From contig NC_058368.1 in the NCBI RefSeq assembly GCF_018350175.1, positions 225,496,001 to 225,560,000 of the forward strand: 64,000 nt of DNA. The letters are read 5' to 3'. The DNA is from Felis catus. Taxonomy: Eukaryota. Positions 11,761 to 25,110 of this stretch are shown in pieces. The translations under genes and the position numbers were made by a program. The notes beneath the pieces were generated by a model. The model searched no databases, was not told where the DNA came from, and saw nothing but the letters and a program-made list of their open reading frames with translations. The stretch's first letter is position 1. Every line of letters begins with the position of its first letter.

Positions 11761-11984
11761 ATTTTTTTAGTTAAAAAAAAATTTTTTTTTTAATGTTTCT
11801 TTATTTTTGAGAACGAGCACAAGTCAGGGAGGGGCAGAGAGAGGAGGAGACACAGAATCTGAAACAGGCTCCAGGCTCTGAGCTGTCAGCACAGAGCCCC
11901 ACGCGGGGCTGGAACTCCGTAACTGTGAGATCATGACCTGAGCCGAAGTTGGACACTCAATTTGAAGAGCCACCCAGGAACCCC
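11761..11984 (-). mobile_element. Can-SINE
   Basis: Reverse-complement SINE with T-rich tail. Confidence 0.93.
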
Positions 11985-12004
11985 TGTTTTTTTCTGATTT
12001 TTAA

Positions 12005-12130
12005 ATTTAGTTTTTACTGAAGTGTAATTAATATGCAGTGTTATATTAGTGTCAGGGGTACAAGAGAAGGATTCAACAATCCTATGTGTTACTATTCCGC
12101 GCTCATCACCATAAGTGCACTCTTATTCCT
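12005..12130 (-). mobile_element. Carnivore L1 3' end fragment
   Basis: GAAGTGTAATTAA..GTGTTATATTAGT.TCAGG.GTACA motif; similar to 15820-15948. Confidence 0.6.
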
Positions 12131-12689
12131 CTCTCTTTCTGTGAGGATGCCTTCTTGATGAGTTTCAAAATTTTGCAGAGTAACTGCTACGTAACATTTT
12201 CATATCATCGGCAGGGAACTGAACGTTCAAGAATGAGCAAACACTGAGTCTACATTAAGCTTAGCAATAGTTCCCCACACCTCAATGCCCCTCTGGGCCA
12301 AATGAAAAGCACTTCATCCTTAAAAGTAGAACAGATGTAGCTTTGGGGAGCCCAGCTGCACCCCTCACCCCTGTGGGATCTTGGGTTTTCTGACCTTCCT
12401 GGGCTTTATTTCTGTGGGCATAATAGTGTCAACCTTGCATGATGATTAGAATTTGAGACTTGGCCCATGGCAGGTGCACAAGAAGAGATTAGTTACAGTA
12501 ACGTAGAAAGTAAGAGTCAGGGGCTCTTGATGGTGAATGAAATTCCAGAATGCAGCGGGGCAGGGAGATCTTGGCCTTAACGCTATTCCCCAGGATCGTT
12601 CCGTGTGCTAGATTGCATTTATTAATTTCCTCCCTTTCAACCTGTACACTTCTGGCAGATTTTGCCTTTCCAGAATTCTGTCTCAAGCG

Positions 12690-12990
12690 TGTCCATATTG
12701 CTTATAAAATCAAGCTCACATTCCTTAGTCTGGTTTTCCAGGCCTTCTGTATTATTTTCCCCATGTGAATTCTACCCTCGAGGATCTCTTACAGGTCCTT
12801 CTCCACACCTTTGTGTGTGCTGTGCTCTCTGCTGATCAGATGTCCTGCCTGGCTAGCGCCTTTTTGAAACTATCCCTGACTGGTCTAGTTCACGGTGACC
12901 TCCTACCTCTCTTTCTTTCCTCTGAACTTGGCTCTGCCTCTTTCTGTCCTGGTCTTGTTAGGAATTTACCCTGGTTTGCTAGAGGGTTTA
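12690..12990. mobile_element. L2-like ancient LINE fragment
   Basis: Degenerate L2 3'-region motifs (ATTGCTTATAAAATCAAG..TCCTTAG..AGGCCTTC). Confidence 0.4.
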
Positions 12991-13216
12991 CCTATCTTTT
13001 TCCCCCTTTCAAATGAGTAAACTGAGCCTCAAGAGTTTAAATATCCCACTCATAAGTTTTATCACCTTGTTTGCACTGAGAGGTCCTTATGCATAGGATT
13101 CTCTCCTTGTATCGCCTTTATTTTTCCCCCAAGTACTGATCCTTTTATGGTGAGAGGGGTGATGCTTCTAACATTTTTTCCTTGATTGTGAAGCATTTTA
13201 CAATTCTTTGAGGACA

Positions 13217-13445
13217 ATAATAAATATGGCTGATGTTTATCGAGGGCTTACTGTGTGCCAGGCATGTTCCTGAGTACTGGGCATTCAGCAACTCATGAAA
13301 TCGATTTGCCAGCTCAAGGAGGAAGTCCCCATAGATGAAGAAAGTGAGACACAGAGAGGTTAAGTAATTTGGCCGAGTGTCACACAGTTAGAAAGTGATC
13401 ATTAGGATTTGAACACAGACCTTTGTCTCCAGAACCTCTGTACTC
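13217..13445 (-). mobile_element. MIR SINE
   Basis: CTTACTGTGTGCCAGGCA...AGATGAAGAAAGTGAGACACAGAGAGGTTAAGTAATTTG...GGATTTGAAC core. Confidence 0.85.
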
Positions 13446-14943
13446 TTCACTGTCACTCTTTTCTGTCCTGTTGGTGTCATTTGCCTTCTGCTTGTACCGT
13501 TGTTTCTGGGCTCTTTGAAGGGCAGTAGGCGGTTCGTAAATGATATTTGAGTTAAATTGCATGGGGGTTTGGGTTAACAGGTAATCCACACTCCAGAAAC
13601 CTTGAAACCCAGTAGGAAAATGTTACATCATGCCATTAATTTTTATCTGGTTTTCTTTTTACTTAAAGAAGACCTACACTCTTGTTTCCTTGTAAAATGT
13701 GGTTTCTAAAGCGGCCGGCCCTGACCCCATGAGGATGGTAGGAAGATTTATGTAACGAGACACTTTGAAAACTAGCTTTGTGAGATGTGTTTATTACAAG
13801 AAAGGGTAGGACTCGTTTGTTTCCCCAGTTCTAGCTATCCATTACCCCCGTGTTTGCCTTTGAGGTTTTCTGATGGAATCTTCTCTTTCAATTCAGGGTT
13901 CTGGCAACTTTCCCAGCGTTTCTGCATATCGGTTGTGTATTACTTCAGCTTATTAACGCCCATGGCGTGATCACTGACCACACGGCCGGACATTTCTAGA
14001 GAGCATTCCTTGATTGAAACAGGAATCGCAGCCTTGCCTAGAGCTTTTCGGAAAATGTGTCCACCAGGTCTAAAGTATGCAACTTGAGTCCCCAATTTAA
14101 ATCTGGCGTCTCCCGTCACATGACCTCCTGTCACCTGACTCTGCCAGTTACGGGGAAAGGTGTTGCAGTTCTTGTCTGTTGAAATCCAGCCACAGCGAGG
14201 GAGTGACACACGGGGAGCTGTAAATTTAATACCTTCACCCACGCTGCAGTATCGTTCTGCAGGATTAAAATCGTCTCTGTATAAAAGGATTTTATGTGTG
14301 GATTTTTTTTTTTTAAGTGAGTTATTACAAAGAAAAGGTAGGCAAGGTTGAATGTTTGCACTTTGGGATAGCCTTATTTTTATTACTGGTTGGTCGTTTA
14401 GAGTCGTGAAGGTAAAAGACTTGGGAGATGTTGGAATAGACTGTAAACTTTTTTACGTGGCTTCCTACCCAACATTGGGCCCGAAAAGAAATCTGTAATT
14501 CTTTTAAATGCCTTTTTTTTTTTTGTCCACTAATAACATTTGAGTAGTACCCAACCATGGGATACATGATGGAGATAAGTGGACTTCTCTCCAAAAGCAT
14601 GTGTTCGTGAAGTCCACTTGTGTGTTAAAGTTCACTTTAAAAGAAGTTTGTTTGTCCATAGACCACATGCTTGTGTGTAGCTACTGTTAATAAATTCTTG
14701 GTGTTACTAACTTCATAGATATTTAAATTATGTTTAAGGGACTGTATTTAGAATTAGGAATGTTCAGGCTTTAAACAACTTTCCTGAACACGGATTTACT
14801 ACATCATCAGTAATTGACATCACCATGTCAAAAGTAATGTACAATTTGCCACATCATTGTTAATTTCTTCTTTCCTTAATCTAGCAAAGATACGTACTAA
14901 ATTTAGAAAATGCTATAAGAGACAGAAACTCCCTGAGTCCTGC

Positions 14944-15160
14944 TTTTTTTTAATGTTTGTTTAATTTTTTTAATTTTAATGTTTGTTTAATTTTTGAGAG
15001 GGGGCGGGGAGGAGCTGGGGGTGGAGGGGGGGGCACAGAGGCTCTGAAGCGGGCTCTGCACTGAAAGCAGCGAGCCCGATGCAGGGCTTGAACCCACAAA
15101 CCATGAGATCATGACCTGAGCCAAAGTCCGATGCTTGACTGAGCCACCCAGGTGCCCCCC
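14944..15160 (-). mobile_element. Can-SINE
   Basis: Reverse-complement SINE with T-rich tail. Confidence 0.92.
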
Positions 15161-15819
15161 CCCAGGTCCTACTGTCAATGTTTTGGAATGTTTGTTTTCC
15201 ATGCCTCTCTATATATGTTTCTATAAAAGCACATCTATAATGTTTTTCGTTTAAGAGTCGAGAAAAGTTTTAATTGTCACAAAACTTGCACGTGTCCTTT
15301 TCAGTGCCGGGGGCAAGAGTACAAATGCAGACCTCTGTCACATATCTAAGTATTTAAAAGTTCTAAATCAAGCTTACCAACCGGTAAATAAAATGTCTTT
15401 GCCTACCTCAACATGAGGTCATGTGTCACGAGGGCACAATCAAACAATTTGTGTAAAGCTGTGTTTTTTATTGCTGAACGCAGAATATCAAGGGTAGAAG
15501 AGAATAATTACAGTTGCAAATGCCTGGCCATTCTGTTGATAGGCCAGTGATACTCGCATGAGTAATACACCATGTTGTCCGTAATATATTTTCCATAAAT
15601 CTATTTTTCTTGTCCGTCTTTCAGCAAAATCACTATATGGTTATTGTCAAGATGTTTACAGTTTATGTTTTATTGGCATTAACGCCAAAGTAAAAGACCT
15701 TCCTTGAGTCACAGTGGTGGTTAGATTTTTAATTGAGTTTGGAAAAGGCCTGCATTGTAAGGCAGGACAGTAGTTATTGGCATTGTCAACAAAGCTCATA
15801 CAGCACTATTTGTTTTTCT

Positions 15820-15948
15820 TTTTTTAATTGAAGTATAATTAACATGGTGTTATTAGTTTCAGGTGTGCAGTGTAATAAATCACCAACTCTACCTTGCTCA
15901 CTACTCATCAAGATCAAGTATACTCTTAATCCCTTTTACCTATTTCAC
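15820..15948 (-). mobile_element. Carnivore L1 3' end fragment
   Basis: TTGAAGTATAATTAACAT..TTAGTTTCAGGTGT motif preceded by a T-run. Confidence 0.6.
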
Positions 15949-16136
15949 TCATACAGCAATATTTAGATTAGAAAAATAATAGGGTTACATGTGATCACTG
16001 GTATTGCAGAAAGTACTAAATATTTTCATTATATAAATCCTATCATTAGTACTGTGAATTTTCACTATTCCTTAAACTTTCCAATGCTCTGTATATTATA
16101 GAGAAACCATGTTAATTCATTAAAAGTCTGTTTTCA

Positions 16137-16332
16137 ATGTTTGTTTGTTTTTGAGAAAGACAGAGTGTGAGCAGGGGAGGGGCAGAGAGGGTGGGAGACA
16201 CAGAATCCAAAGCAGGCTCCAGGCTCCAAGCTGCCAGCACAGAGCTCAACACGGGGCTTGAACTCACGGACCACGAGATCCTGACCTGAGCTGAAGTCAG
16301 ACACTTAACCGACTGAGCTACCCAGGCGCCCC
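16137..16332 (-). mobile_element. Can-SINE
   Basis: TSD TAAAA(G/A)TCTGTTTTCA. Confidence 0.94.
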
Positions 16333-17661
16333 TAAAAATCTGTTTTCAGATGAAACTAAACCTTAATGCATCTTGGCCACAAAACTATCTGCATAAAAAT
16401 GTGTTTGGGGATTATGTGTGCGTGCATATTTTCCTTCTTGGTCTTGTAAATGTTTTTATTTCCATAATGTTATGTTTTACATATTTTCTTGAAATTTTAG
16501 TTTTGTTGTATGTATGCGTCACATATCATTTCTGTTCGATGAAATTTTTCTCTAAAATTTTAAGAGCACAGTTTTTTAAAGTGAAACGGCCAAATTCTGT
16601 TCGGAGTTTTCGGAAGCTTTTGCTGTTCTTAATGGTAAGCAGTTGTTCACATCGAATAACTGTCATAACTGTACATACAAAATAATATTTTCCACCAACA
16701 ACCATGATTCATTCTTTGAGGAACTTCTGTTTATTTGCTACATTTTTTTTTTTTTTTTTTTTTTTGGTCTTTGTGATGTGCAGGGCACGCTGAGGAGCCT
16801 ACAGCCCAGGGTAGGAGTCCTACCTACGTTTACAGGTCTAAGAATGACCCTGCCTGCTCCTTCTGGGCATGTATCATCATTTATATCACTATTTTAGGTT
16901 CATGCTTTTCTAGAAAACCGCACATGAACGTTCTTATACCTAGATCGTGTACCCTTGTCTATTTCTTGAGGATAATATTTCCTGGGAATGGAGATGTGTG
17001 ATCAAAGAGGTTGCACGTCTTTACTTAGATTCTTTGGCAGCAAAAGTTTCATGAGAGGTGTCAGTGCATCTTCCATACAGCAAGCTCTGCAGAGATACCC
17101 TGTCATGATGTATTCATGATAGGGATTTTGTGGCTTCTAATTAGAATCTTCATGAGGTGCCTTTTTCATAAAGGAGGTTATCACATACTAGATTATTGGG
17201 CCCACTGTCAGGCTCTCCTCTGAGCTGCAGTGGAGGAGAGATGTTCTCAGTGAATTACAAGCTGGGCTGCCGATTCACATCAGGCCCTCAGAAAATCCCT
17301 GTGTGGGTGCTGATGTTCACTGAAGGTCAAAGTGCACACAAGGGACCTGGCTTTACGTTGCCTGGAGAGCCGTTGGCCGTTGGTTTGGGGAATTGTTTAT
17401 GGATTTTTCTTTTAATTCTCAATCCTTTTGTATTGTAAGTATCCTCGTGTGTTAACCTTGACCCAAGTTACGAGTTGGTTGTTCTAACTAGAGGAATTTA
17501 GGTAGCCTACAATAGTATGTGTGTGTGTTGCATTAAAGCTTATTCTTATTGCCTCCACGAAATCTTTCCATGGACTTTGAACTAAGTGTTGAGTGTTAGG
17601 TGACAGTAACACTATACCTTTTATAGTGCATGCCATTGTCATTTAATACGCGTTTGCATCA

Positions 17662-17833
17662 GGGCGCCTGGGGGGCTCAGTCCAGTTCGTGAGTTCCAGC
17701 CCCACCTCGGGCTCTGCGCTGACAGCTCAGAGCCTGGCGTCTGCTTCAGATTCTGTCTCCCTCTCTTTCTGACCCTCCCCTGCTCACCCTCTGTCTCTTT
17801 CTCTCTCTCTCAAAAATAAACACTAAAAAAAAC
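17662..17833 (+). mobile_element. Can-SINE with an internal deletion between the A and B boxes
   Basis: Head runs directly into GTGAGTTCCAG; diverged TSD ending GTTTGCATC. Confidence 0.9.
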
Positions 17834-20306
17834 TTAGTATAGGTTTGCATCTGCTCATTCCCACGCGTATTTTGTTCTTCTGATGTTGTGAGCTAAGCCG
17901 TCTTGGGATGTTAAAAAATGCAGCAAGATATTCCTGCCATCCCTCAGTATCTCAGCACGACTGGATGGAAAGCGGATTTCTTTGATGCAAGCTAAGACAT
18001 CTGGGGCCAATGAAAGTGTCCTTAGCGAGTCCTGAGTTGAGTCTGACGCAAGAGTGGCGGCAGTGAGGGAATCTTCCAGGTGAAGGGTGTGATGAGAAGC
18101 TAGGGCGGGCAGCTGGCAGTTTCCACCTGCGGGCTTGTCACTCTGTGAGGAGTCGTGTGCCCAGGTCCTGAGGCCATGCGTGCCACCGGGAACGTCAGAG
18201 CCCAGAGAGATGGAAAAGCATCCCTCAGATTCTTGCCCTCATCTGTTCCTGGGTCCTGCCTGTTTGGGCAGACAGAATGCTCTGTGAAGATGAGTGCAGT
18301 ATGGAAGCAAGGGGAGTGTTTTCCCCAGTTATTTCTGGGGCAGGGGCTCTTTCTTCCTGCTGCGTCTTGCTCCCGGTCCTGTGCTTTGCAAACAGAGAGA
18401 GTTTCTCGGGCCCAAGGGGAAAGAAAAAGAGCCATCCTATGGAAAGGAACTCTCTTTAACTTTGTTAACCTGCCCCCCAGATGAGGGGCCACCTGCTCGC
18501 CAGGCACTGGGTTGTCCCCAGCTCCCTGAACTGTCTGCCTGAACTGTCTTCACTTCCCGCCAGTCCCCTGCCAGCCAGCCCCCCCCCACCCCCTTTGCCC
18601 TGCCTGCCTGCCTCACCCCAATCCCAGATCTTGCTACCTCTTTTGTAATTAAAATAGGAGCTGAGAGTGCTTCCTGTGTCTTAGGGAGATGCCCTGTATT
18701 CTCACCACCCAGCTGGAGAGCAAAGAATTTCTCCATACACAGATTTTCTTTACAGCTCCTGTTTTTTTATGAAAAATATCCACTTGCCCTTGTTTTTTTC
18801 CCAAGAATGTGCATAGCGTAGGACTAGTGTTTCACCAACAAGCAGGTAAGCTGTACTTACAAGCCTAAGAGATTTTTTTTTTTTTTGCTTAGCATATAGG
18901 TAGGAAATCTATGTGTGTGTGCACCCGTGTGCATGTGAGGTCCCATGCATGCACATATATGTAACACATGTACGTGGACACGCGTTCCACGTGTATACAT
19001 ATATGCACACACGTGTGTGTTAGATTTAGCCTCGTGGTTCTAGACTGAGGCAGTCACAGCTGCTGATGTGGGAAATGAAGTCTCTTACCAAGGCCGTGCT
19101 GCATGGGGTTTTTGTCCACATGTAGTAGATGAATTGTTTGCTGTCCAGAAGTAGTCTCCAGTAGGCAGTATTTCTGAACTGCTTACGGTTTTCTGAGAAG
19201 ATAAAAAGTTATAAGCCGCCTCCCCACCTTTTCAGGCGTGACTTGCCTTGTTAGGATGGGGTCCTCAAAATACCACCTTGTTGATCATGGACCTTGCATT
19301 TCCTTAAGATTTTCATTCTTTGGGGATTCTCTCGAAAGTGGGTGCCAAGTTCAAAGATATGAAGTCTGGGCATACTGTAAATTCTAGCATTAAACGTTTT
19401 AGGTCTTGAGAACCACTGACCTTTGGGATGTTTCTCTTGGTGACCTCGCCTTTCGGCTATAACGGTTTCCTTCCTGCCCTTGGACAGATCTGTTGGGCTA
19501 CTGTATTTTACGCTCTAAAACCGTGGTCACTTAAGATTCTCTTTGAGAAGGCCAGCGCATCTTTTCTGTAACTATTGATGGAATATAAATAACAAAATAT
19601 GAGTAAAGTTGGAATCTCCTGTTGTTTTTCAAAGCCTACGTCAGAAGAAAAGCATCTGCTACAATGAGCTCTTGGCTGTATAATCAGGACAAGATTCTGC
19701 CATACCTTATTCTGGTGACGAAGCAAGCAGGTCAGGGCCTCTTGGCATTTACCGTGGAGGGTAATTTGTGCGTCTGTCTTTTCACCACATAGTTTTTATT
19801 GTCTTGTATTTTGCCATCATAAAAAAAATGAAAACACGAGTCAGCAGTTCCGAAAGTGACAATGGGGGGCGAAAACCATTCTAGGGTGGCCCGCCTTTCA
19901 CGGACTGTGTGCAATGTTAAGAAAATGTGCTTCTGACGTTGCAAAATCTCTGGAGTTCAGAGGGCTCTTGATGGGAATGTAACTTTATGCTTATTTGCCT
20001 GTTATCTTGGTGATATCAAGTAGATTCCTTTTACCGTGAGTCACAGAGAACGGTTGCTTTACCCAAGAGCTACGCCAAATGATAGGGTCAGAAATCTAAC
20101 TTAGGTTGTGTCACTTGAGTGTCTTAAAGTCGTCGTGGACTCTTAAACCTCCGCCGGATGCCTAAATGTGAATCTCTGTGGTTGGCACGTGCATTTGAAA
20201 CAAAGAAACGGGGTGTCTTCAGAACAAGAGGCCCTGTGAGGGTTTTCTTTGGTGGTTTGATGAAGTTGAGTAGCTATTTCCTCAAGGAAAGCAGAATTTT
20301 GGGAAC

Positions 20307-20501
20307 TTATTTATTTTTAAAGTTTGTTTATTTTTGAGAGAGAGAGAGAGAGCTGGGATCAAGTTGGAGAGGGGCAGAGAGAGAGAATCCCAAGTGGGCT
20401 CTGTGCTGTTAGCATGGAGCCCCAAGCGGGTCTCAAACTCACAGACCGTGAGATCGTGACCTGAGCTGGAATCAAGAGTCGGACGCTTAACCGACTAAGC
20501 C
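20307..20501 (-). mobile_element. Can-SINE (slightly 5'-truncated)
   Basis: Reverse-complement body lacking the terminal head bases. Confidence 0.9.
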
Positions 20502-20769
20502 TTTTAAAAGATGATACAGCCTGACTTTATCACAACCCAGTTTAGGACAAAAATGTCTTAAAAAATGTTTTAGCAGTGTTCTCTAATTCAGGTCAATAGT
20601 TGCCCAAGACCAAATACGATACATACTTAGGATTTGGTATAATGTGAGATTTGGGTAACGATTTGACTAAATGGAACTGAGCATCATGGCTAAGCCTCGA
20701 GGCAGTATTTTCAACCTCTGTGCCGTCTGCATTTTCTTTTATCCAGTTGAACTAGTGAAACTGTCTTGA

Positions 20770-20978
20770 TCACTTGGCTGGCACTGTATTAATGCATAAT
20801 AGTCCATAAATGCATGGACTAATGCATTTAATCTGCCCAATAATCTTAGGCGGTTGGTACCGTTCTCCTCTCTCTTATGTATAAGGATAGAGTCTCAAAG
20901 ACGGTAAGTAATTTGCCCAAGTTCGCAGAGCTGGGCAGTGGTAGAATTGGAATTAGGATCCAAGATCTCTAGCTCTAG
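20770..20978 (-). mobile_element. MIR SINE (diverged)
   Basis: GGTAAGTAATTTGCCCAAGTTCGCAGAGCT core. Confidence 0.65.
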
Positions 20979-21282
20979 GGAACTCAAATTCATTCGGAGG
21001 TGATGTCAGTAGTTTGTGTAGGAGGGGAAGATCGGATCTGTGTTGAAATCATTAGGAATGTATATTCGTATCTCCGTAGAGAGCAGACCAGTCAGGTGAC
21101 ACAAGCCCAAGAAGAATTACCTGTTTTTTGCCAGTGACTGGAACAAGGAATTGAAGTTTTCCTGTAATCAAACAATAAAAACATAACCCTGATTGTTTCT
21201 GTGATGGGCCACCGAACGTTCATCCTGAGTGAGAGCTATTGCAGGGTGTTCTGTTGGGGAGAAGATTCAGAGACTAGTTTCT

Positions 21283-21501
21283 TTGTTTTTATTGAAAAAA
21301 AATTTTTTAATGTTTATTCTTGAGCGAGACAGAGCATGAATGGGGGAGGGGCAGAGAGAGAGGGAAACACAGAATCCGAAGCAGGCTCCGGGCTCTGAGC
21401 CATCAGCACAGAGCCCGACGCGGGGCTCGAACTCACGAACCGTAAGATCATGACCTGAGCCAAAGTCAGACGCTTAACCGATGGAGCCACCCAGGCGCCC
21501 C
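21283..21501 (-). mobile_element. Can-SINE
   Basis: TSD TCA(G/A)AGACTAGTTTCT. Confidence 0.95.
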
Positions 21502-22214
21502 TCAAAGACTAGTTTCTATAAAATTTGTAGATTTCTGGGGAGAATTTCTACTGAAGAACAAGGTCACGTTGAATTTCCTGAATCATTTTTCTTGGCTTTT
21601 GTGTGTTTGCGATCAAGTCCAGATTCCCATGAAGTGATGTTGTGAGAAGGCATGTTTGCTTTGGAGGCAGCACACAGTTTGGGAATCTTGCTTGTCATCT
21701 GCATTTCTGATGGCTTCTGTCTGCCTCGCTGCTGTGAGTGGCCCTCAGCTCTCTGGCCATACTTCGGCATCTGGACCTTTCACATCTCCCTCAGCAGGGA
21801 TGGATGAAAGGGTCATTTCATTTAAGTTTAGGGATAAATCTTTTTTTTATAATGACTTTTCTTTTTAGAGCAGTTTTAGGTTCACAGCAAGTGATGAGAT
21901 TTTAAGAAACCATTTTGGAAACTGACCCTTCTACTGATCTGAGAGTTTTACTTGATGATTAATGAATGGTTTACATTTAAGTGAACCTTGCAAAGCTGTG
22001 ATTCGGTGAACGTGGCGCTACGTCGGCTGCTACTGTTTGCCATCCCTAATGAATACAGATTTTATAGTTTAAAGAGAAAAGTGTTAGCATGAAGGAAAAA
22101 ATTGCTGGCGTGGTTATATATCAGCAGATATATTCTTTGTCCTAAAGCGTGTAGTCTGAATGTTGCTCGGGGTTTGGTAGATCATAATGGATGGGATTTG
22201 AATTTTATATAGAA

Positions 22215-22431
22215 CGGTGGTTCTCAACTGGACAATTTTGCCTCTCTGGGGACACTTAGCAACGTCTGCAGACGTTTTGGGTCGTTACCGCTGACGTTGG
22301 GCGGGCACTATTGGCATTTAGTGGGTGGAGGTGAGGGTTACCGCTGAACTTCCTGGGATGCACAGTACAGCCCCCCACAACGCAGACTGATTCAGTTCCA
22401 ATGTCAGTAGTATCAAGGCTGAGACACCCTG
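22215..22431 (+). mobile_element. MER20 fossil
   Basis: CGGTGGTTCTCAAC...GGGGACACTTAGCAACGTCTGCAGAC...GAGACACCCTG; full length. Confidence 0.87.
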
Positions 22432-22584
22432 ATACAGAAGACTGACTTGATTCTGTAAGGTTCTACCCTTTTGTATTTTAGTTTCCTGTTTTTTAAGGAA
22501 AATGATGACCGCTAACATAATTTTCTGTAAATGTTTTAGGAGTATGTGTGAATGAGTATCCGTGTTGCCGTCATCTGATTTTTT

Positions 22585-22820
22585 TTTTTTTATTTAAAAA
22601 AAAATTTTTTTTTTTAACGTTTATTTATTTTTGAGACAGAGAGAGACAGAGCATGAATGGGGGAGGGTCAGAGAGAGAGAGGGAGACACAGAATCTGAAA
22701 CAGGCTCCAGGCTCTGAGCTGTCAGCACAGAGCCTGACGCGGGGCTTGAACTCACGAACCGCGAGATCATGACCTGAGCTGAAGTCGGACGCTTAACCGA
22801 CTGAGCCACCCAGGCGCCCC
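22585..22820 (-). mobile_element. Can-SINE
   Basis: Near-consensus; TSD GTCATCTGATTTTTT. Confidence 0.96.
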
Positions 22821-23625
22821 CGTCATCTGATTTTTTAATTATAATATCCAAATTCTGTTTATTATGGCTTAGTTACATTATATATCTAGATTTAAAATTC
22901 TGTTCATTCTGAAATTAATTTCTGTGGCATCCATGAAAAATATATTGTATGTCTGTGTATTTATACAGTGGGCTGTAAAGTTATTTTTTCCCAGGCCTTT
23001 TTAGCTATGGGCTTCCGTTTGTCCTAAAAGGCAAAGGAACAGACAGTACGACCAATTCCATCACCAAGCACCAGGAGACTGATGTGTAGATTTGACACGG
23101 AAGAAGGCTGGAAGGGGCCAGAACTAGAGCTCTGCCCTCCGGTCCTCTCTCTGCCACCATGTGATTATTTTCATTCATTTCTGAGCACTTGGGTCACGGA
23201 CCCTGATCGTGCTTGAGACAGCATCTTGAAAGGGGTGAGCGAACCTTTACCGACAAACTCCACGCCGTCCTTCCTTTTCCGCTTCTCCCTATGCTGATGA
23301 GTAAATGTATGATTTTTCTTTCGGCTTAATTTTCATCTAGCACGTCGTTGCCTCGCAAGCCACAGCAATGAATCACTGAATGCTTGGGGAGGGCGGTAGA
23401 AACAGCAGGCCAGACTGCAAAATAAATGGAAGAATACTAAGTTCACACCCTTCTTGTTCTCACCAAACCTTTGGGCAGGAGGAAAAGTAAGTTGGGTTCA
23501 TCTTTAAAGTTCCTGGATTTCATCTGTGCTTTAGAAGTGAGGGCTTTTTAAAAATTTTATTATTTTATTCTTTTATTTCAGTTCTACTGAGGTATGATGT
23601 GGCATATAAAATTGTAAAATATTTA

Positions 23626-23862
23626 TTTATTTTTATTATTTTTTAATTAATTAATTAATTTTTTTTAACTTTCTTTATTTTTGAGACAGAGAGACAGAGC
23701 ATGAACGGGGGAGGGTCAGAGAGAGGGAGACAGAATCTGAAACAGGCTCCAGGCTCTGAGCTGTCAACACAGAGCCCAACGCGGGGCTCGAACTCACGGA
23801 CTGTGAGATCATGACCTGAGCCAAAGTCGGTCGCCTAACCGACCGAGCCACCCAGGCGCCCC
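23626..23862 (-). mobile_element. Can-SINE
   Basis: Near-consensus; TSD beginning AAAATTGTAAAA. Confidence 0.95.
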
Positions 23863-24614
23863 AAAATTGTAAAACATTTAAAGTGGTAGGAGTTCTTCCC
23901 ATGTTCTTCCTCACCTTTTCTTCCCCACTAGCAGGAAGACCAAACAGGGAAATAATTGATTTGCTGTTGACTTTGTTGCTTTTTAACGTGGAAGGTGCCA
24001 TAAACGAGACCTCTTTCTACATGAACGTTAGTGTCCTGCAGGTTTCTGTCTGTCGATCAGGAAAGGACTCCAAATAGGAGAGTTAAATTGTCACAGCAAG
24101 AGTCCGTACCACTATCTTTTGGCCCAGAGTTCATTTACTAAGTGGATCATTGGTTGGGCGCGAGCTGAGCCTGATTGGGATTAACGACTCTGGACCTGGT
24201 TCATGATGGGAATCTGGGCTGGGTAGGTTGGTAACGAGGCTTCAGCGATGACCTCCTTGCCAAGCCTTCGACCTACTACTCAGGGGACTAAGCCATTCAG
24301 CTGATAAGGGATCTGTGCCAAGTACTGACTCACCCGCTCGGTTAGTTCAGATTACTGATAAGAAACTTGAGTACGATGAGGGATTGTCTTAGAGATCACT
24401 GCTTGTTAAAGATCCATGTTGATGGAATTCAGTATGGTTCAGTTGTACTGATGGACCTGGCCTGCTGTGAGGCTGAGATAGCTCAAGTTGGCATCTGGCT
24501 GTAAGTGGGATTCCTACCCCTGACTCACTGAGACCATGAGGCCAGCGGGGAGGGGTGTTCACTAGAGGATCCCTGGGAAGTACAGCTGATTAACTGATGC
24601 AGGTACCTTGGGTT

Positions 24615-24857
24615 GGGGCGCCTGGGTGGCTCAGTCAGTTAAATGTCCGACTTCAACTCAGGTCACAGTCTCGTGGTTCACGAACTCGAGCCCCGCGTCG
24701 GGCTGACGGCTCAGAGCCTGGAGCCTGCTTCGGATTCTGTGTCACCCTCTGTCTCTACCCCTCCCCCGCTCATACTCTGTCTCGCTCTCTCTCTGTCTCT
24801 CTCAAATTTTTTTAAACATTTATTTTTATCAGTGGTTAAAACAAATTTATTTTAAAA
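24615..24857 (+). mobile_element. Can-SINE
   Basis: TSD AGGT(A/C)CCTTGG. Confidence 0.93.
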
Positions 24858-24899
24858 AGGTCCCTTGGATTTATCCAGAAGCTATGAACCTCTAAAACT

Positions 24900-25110
24900 A
24901 ACAATAACCATAATAGGACATTTATGAGATGCCTATTTGGTGCCATTTGCTGTGCTCATCCCTTCATACGCATCATCTCATTGAGTCTTTCCCTTGTTAG
25001 GAACTATCGTTGATCCCGTCTAGGGTTGGACAACCTGTTGCTTCGAGAGGTTAAGCAATCAGTCAGGGCACGCAGCTGGTGCGTGGGATTCTGCGTCGTC
25101 TTGTCCAGCT
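24900..25110 (-). mobile_element. MIR SINE (diverged)
   Basis: CATCATCTCATTGAGTC and GAGAGGTTAAGCAA..GGGCACGCAGCTGGT motifs. Confidence 0.6.

Larger units (their letters stand above)
15302..16700. mobile_element. Possible degraded Arthur1-like hAT transposon, interrupted by an L1 fragment and a SINE
   Basis: GGGCAAGAGTACAAATG...TATCTAAGTATTTAAAAGTT.TAAATCAAGCT resembles the recalled Arthur1 sequence; the extent of the AT-rich remainder is uncertain. Confidence 0.35.
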
